Program-made: the position numbers and the translations under genes
The notes under the pieces: model-generated
Databases searched by the model: none
Told to the model about the DNA's origin: nothing
The model's input: the letters and a program-made list of their open reading frames with translations, nothing else
Origin: Candidatus Eiseniibacteriota bacterium
GTDB lineage: Bacteria; Eisenbacteria; RBG-16-71-46; CAZAMP01
Direction of reading: 5' to 3'
Assembly: GCA_965224245.1 (NCBI GenBank)
Contig: OZ245046.1
Coordinates: 736,001-800,000, forward strand
Length of the DNA: 64,000 bases
Shown: positions 58,732-64,000 of the stretch, piece by piece
Numbering within the stretch: position 1 is the first letter of the stretch
Layout of the letters: each line of letters starts with the position of its first letter

Positions 58732-60810
58732 CTAGCGCGGGCGGCGGCGTGCCGGTCGCACGGGATCGCGGACGTCGCGATCGGCGCGTCGCATCGGCGC
58801 CTCGCCCAGGTCGTCGTACTCCTCGTGGTACGGGCAGGGCAGGGTCGGCTCGGTCCCTTCGATGAAGACCTCGTCGACCGTCTCCGGACAGTACGGCGTC
58901 GCCAGACGCGCGGTCTCCACGCACATCTTCACCACGACGACCGACTTGGGTACCGCGAACGGCGCCGGCGACGCACCGTCGCCGGCGGCCTTCATGACGT
59001 CGGTCCACACGGGGAGCGCACACTGGGCGCCGGTCATGCCCTTGCCGATCGGCGAGTGCTGGTCGAAGCCCACCCAGACGCCACACAGGAGATCGTCGTT
59101 GAAGCCCACGAACCACGCATCGGTGTAGTCGTCGGTGGTGCCGGTCTTGCCCGCACAGTCACCCTCGAGGCCGTAGCGCCTGGCGCGCTGTCCGGTCCCG
59201 TGGTCGATGACGCTCTTCATCAGATCGGCGGTCACGTAGGCCACGCGCTCGTCGAGGGCCTCGCGTGTCTCGGCGACGTGTCGGAACAGCGAATGACCCG
59301 CCCGATCCTCGATCCGTTCGATCATGTACGGTCGCGTGTAGATGCCCCGGTTGGCGAACGGGCCGTATGCGCCCGTCAGCTCGAGGAGCGACACCTCGCC
59401 GGTTCCGAGCGCCAGCGACAGGACGCGCGGGAGCGGGCTCTCGATCCCCATCTGATGCGCGGTCGCGATGACCTGGTCGAGTCCGACGTCCTCCATCAGC
59501 AACACCGACGGGATGTTGATCGAGTGTGCCAGGGCTTCCCGGAGCGTCACCACGCCACGGAACGTCTTGGAGAAGTTCGTGGGCTCCCAGCGGTCGCCGT
59601 TGGGCAGGAAGCGAACGATGGCGGCATCGATGAGCGTGTCGCTGACCCGCCTCCCATCGGCCACCGCGGTGGCGAACACGAACGGCTTGAACGCCGAGCC
59701 GGGCTGGCGGCGTGCCTGGATCGCGCGGTTGAACTCGCTCTCGTCGAAGTCTCGTCCCCCGACCAGTGCCCGGATGGCGCCGGTCCTCGGGTCCAGCGCC
59801 ACGACGGCGCCCTGGAGACGGGACGTGCTCGGGGCGTCAATCGAGTCGGCCTCCAGGTAGTCGTACCGGTTCTCGCGCTCGAGAAACGCCAGCTGCCGCT
59901 CGAGACTCTCCTCGGCGACGTGCTGCAGATCGGGATCGAGCGTGGTGACCACCTTGAGACCCCCTTCGTAGGTGGTCTCGCCTCCATAGTCCTCGAGCAG
60001 GCGCTGCCGGATCGTCTCGGTGAAGTAGGGCGCGCGCTGGCCGTCTCGTGACGCGTGGCGCCCCGTGACGCGCAACGTCTCCGCGACCGCGGCCTCGTAG
60101 CGCCCCCTCGTGATCTTGCCCGTCGAGAGCATCGCGGCCAGGACGACGTTGCGGCGGCCGGTGGCGTTGTCGGGATGACGGACCGGCGAGTAGCGCGCGG
60201 GGTGTTTGGGAATGCCGGCGAGCACCGCGGCCTCGGCCAGGTCCAGATCCGCGGCCGACTTCCCGAAGAAGTACCGCGAGGCGGTCTCGACGCCGTAGAC
60301 GTCACCGAAGTAGATCTCGTTCATGTACAGCTCGAGGATCTCGTCCTTCGAGAACGAGCGCTCGAGCCGCAGCGTCATGACGAGCTCCTTGAGCTTTCGC
60401 GACAGCGTCTGCTCGTGGGTCAGAAAGAGGTTCCAGGCGAGCTGCTGGGTGATCGTGCTCCCGCCCTGGAGGCGCCTCCCACGGCTCCGGAGGTTGTTCA
60501 TGGCCGCCCGGACCAGCCCGAAGGGGTCCACGCCCCAGTGCTGATAGAACTTCCGGTCCTCGATGGCGATGATCGCGTTGATCAAATCCGGCGTGACCTC
60601 GTGCAGGTGAACCGTCCGGCGGTCCTCGCGCGAGAGCGTGGCCGCGAGCTCGCCGTTGGCGTCGTAGATCTCGGTCCGGACCGATGTCTCGACGTTCCGT
60701 ACCGTCGAGAGCGACGGCAGCTCGTCACCGCACCAGACGTGCACGCCGACGAGACCGCCGAGCAGGGCCAGCGTGGCTCCGATCACGCCGATGATGAACG
60801 AGCGCAGCAT
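58732..60810 (-). CDS. Class A penicillin-binding protein (PBP1A family)
   Basis: N-terminal TM; EDRKFYQHWGVD, QGGSTITQQL, RKLKE transglycosylase motifs; GSAFKP, SIN, KTGT transpeptidase motifs; GGAGAG RBS before ATG 60810. Confidence 0.93.
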   Translation of the reverse strand: MLRSFIIGVIGATLALLGGLVGVHVWCGDELPSLSTVRNVETSVRTEIYDANGELAATLSREDRRTVHLHEVTPDLINAIIAIEDRKFYQHWGVDPFGLVRAAMNNLRSRGRRLQGGSTITQQLAWNLFLTHEQTLSRKLKELVMTLRLERSFSKDEILELYMNEIYFGDVYGVETASRYFFGKSAADLDLAEAAVLAGIPKHPARYSPVRHPDNATGRRNVVLAAMLSTGKITRGRYEAAVAETLRVTGRHASRDGQRAPYFTETIRQRLLEDYGGETTYEGGLKVVTTLDPDLQHVAEESLERQLAFLERENRYDYLEADSIDAPSTSRLQGAVVALDPRTGAIRALVGGRDFDESEFNRAIQARRQPGSAFKPFVFATAVADGRRVSDTLIDAAIVRFLPNGDRWEPTNFSKTFRGVVTLREALAHSINIPSVLLMEDVGLDQVIATAHQMGIESPLPRVLSLALGTGEVSLLELTGAYGPFANRGIYTRPYMIERIEDRAGHSLFRHVAETREALDERVAYVTADLMKSVIDHGTGQRARRYGLEGDCAGKTGTTDDYTDAWFVGFNDDLLCGVWVGFDQHSPIGKGMTGAQCALPVWTDVMKAAGDGASPAPFAVPKSVVVVKMCVETARLATPYCPETVDEVFIEGTEPTLPCPYHEEYDDLGEAPMRRADRDVRDPVRPARRRPR

Positions 60811-61022
60811 TTCGGATCTCTCCAACGCGGGTCCGGAGACCGGTGCCGGCAGGCCGTGGCAAGGAGGCAGGGCGCAGCTTAGGAGCCCCCGCCGACGTGG
60901 TCAACCATCGGACGCCGGGTCCGGGTTCCTTCGAGCTGAGGGGCCATCGGGGGCAGGGGATCCCCCCGCTGGATCGGAGTCGACTTGATTACAACGACTT
61001 GCGCGAATTCGTATTTCGCCGG

Positions 61023-61053
61023 TTGACGGCCGGAGGCGGGGCGCGCTATCAAT
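61023..61053 (+). promoter_or_regulatory. Possible upstream rRNA promoter (P1), TTGACG...TATCAAT
   Basis: TTGACG, 18-bp spacer, TATCAA(T), then GC-rich discriminator. Confidence 0.4.
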
Positions 61054-61155
61054 CCCGCCCTTCGTGCTGGCCGCGATCCGTCGCGGGCCGGCCCCGCCGC
61101 TGCCGGAGGCGCCAGGAGCGCCCTCGGAGCGCGGCTCGGACCGCCGGGAGGGGGC

Positions 61156-61204
61156 AAAAAAGCACGAAAAGTTGTTTGACCGGGTCTGGGCCCTTTGATA
61201 GAGT
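61156..61204 (+). promoter_or_regulatory. rRNA operon promoter TTGACC-N17-TAGAGT with A-tract UP element
   Basis: -35 at 61176-61181, -10 at 61199-61204, AAAAAAGCACGAAAA upstream. Confidence 0.75.
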
Positions 61205-61249
61205 CCGGCTCCGTTGCTCTCGATGGGAGGTTTTTCCGTCGATGGCGCC

Positions 61250-61262
61250 TGTTCTTTGAAAA
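61250..61262 (+). promoter_or_regulatory. boxA antitermination element in rRNA leader (second copy about 63381-63392 in ITS)
   Basis: GTTCTTTGAAAATT present in both the leader and the spacer before 23S. Confidence 0.75.
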
Positions 61263-61395
61263 TTGAATAGTGTGTGCTTGTGTGAGCGCTGACAGTTCCT
61301 GTCCGCTCGCCGCCGGAAACGGTTGCGAGAGGGCAGTTTCAATTCGAACGACTCCAGTTCGAACTTTCCTTTGGAAGTATATGACTTTCATATAT

Positions 61396-62958
<1,563 letters not shown>

Positions 62959-63102
62959 ATCACGATCGGACAGACCGTCATCGGCACTGTCCCGATCCAG
63001 TCCTAGGTCGATCTGTCAGCCTTACCTCGCACACACTATTCTTCTCTTCGTCAGCTCAATTGAGCGGCCTGGGTCCAGTTTTTGACACAGGTCAGTGTGA
63101 CT

Positions 63103-63179
<77 letters not shown>

Positions 63180-63213
63180 ATCATTCGGCCGCGTTCGCGG
63201 CCATCGGATTGCT

Positions 63214-63289
63214 GGGGATATAGCTCAATTGGGAGAGCGCCGGCTTTGCAAGCCGGAGGTTACCGGTTCGATCCCGGTTATCTCCACCA
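63214..63289 (+). tRNA. tRNA-Ala (TGC)
   Basis: GGGGATA...TTTGCAA anticodon loop...TTCGATC...TATCTCCACCA with G3:U70 pair. Confidence 0.97.
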
Positions 63290-63490
63290 TCTGATTCAGG
63301 GTGGGCGGCGAAGAGATCATAACGATCTCGGTGCGAATGACGTCTCACGTCAGCTTCCTCCAGGAGAGGGAGTCCGACTCGTTCTTTGAAAATTCATGTT
63401 GGATACGCGGTCTTTGCGTCGCGTTGGTACACGTGCCCTCGTGGCACGTGACTGATGCCGAGCAAGAGCGTTGAGGTTACTCTAGAGTTT

Positions 63491-64000
<510 letters not shown>

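Overview
High-GC (roughly 70% by eye) bacterial chromosomal window. Four secreted proteins carry FlgD-Ig/T9SS-type C-terminal domains and GlyRS is the alpha2 type, which suggests an FCB-group candidate phylum such as Eisenbacteria, Krumholzibacteriota or Latescibacterota (inference; the complete 16S here can settle it). Left to right: partial EamA transporter; secreted vanadium-haloperoxidase-like protein; a 9-kb divergent multiheme-cytochrome island (3.1-12.1 kb; five c-type cytochromes with about 61 heme motifs, including an ImcH-like heptaheme and a split CbcL-like c/b pair, led by a degenerate CPBP-like membrane protein, with a palindrome in the divergent promoter); secreted M1, LVIVD and M23 proteins; MFS, MscS, Yip1 and a YeeE/YedE pair; an archaeal-type (class II) GAPDH-like gene; ggt, icd, PP2C, glyQS, suhB; a type IV minor-pilin cluster with an internal sigma54-type promoter, a 937-aa pilin-FN3-lectin fusion and a UshA-like CxC protein; a tat-aroK-rsmD-coaD-obg-dprA-lpxL-speB-XRE-XRE run; mazG; a deoB-cdd-deoC-pdp operon whose DeoC has an encapsulation-peptide-like, Cys-rich N-terminal extension; PBP1A; and the start of an rRNA operon (16S, tRNA-Ile, tRNA-Ala, partial 23S). 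No CRISPR array, transposase, integrase or prophage gene was seen. Product calls come from motif recognition by eye, and many starts were re-assigned from the ORF track using RBS and stop/start overlaps.
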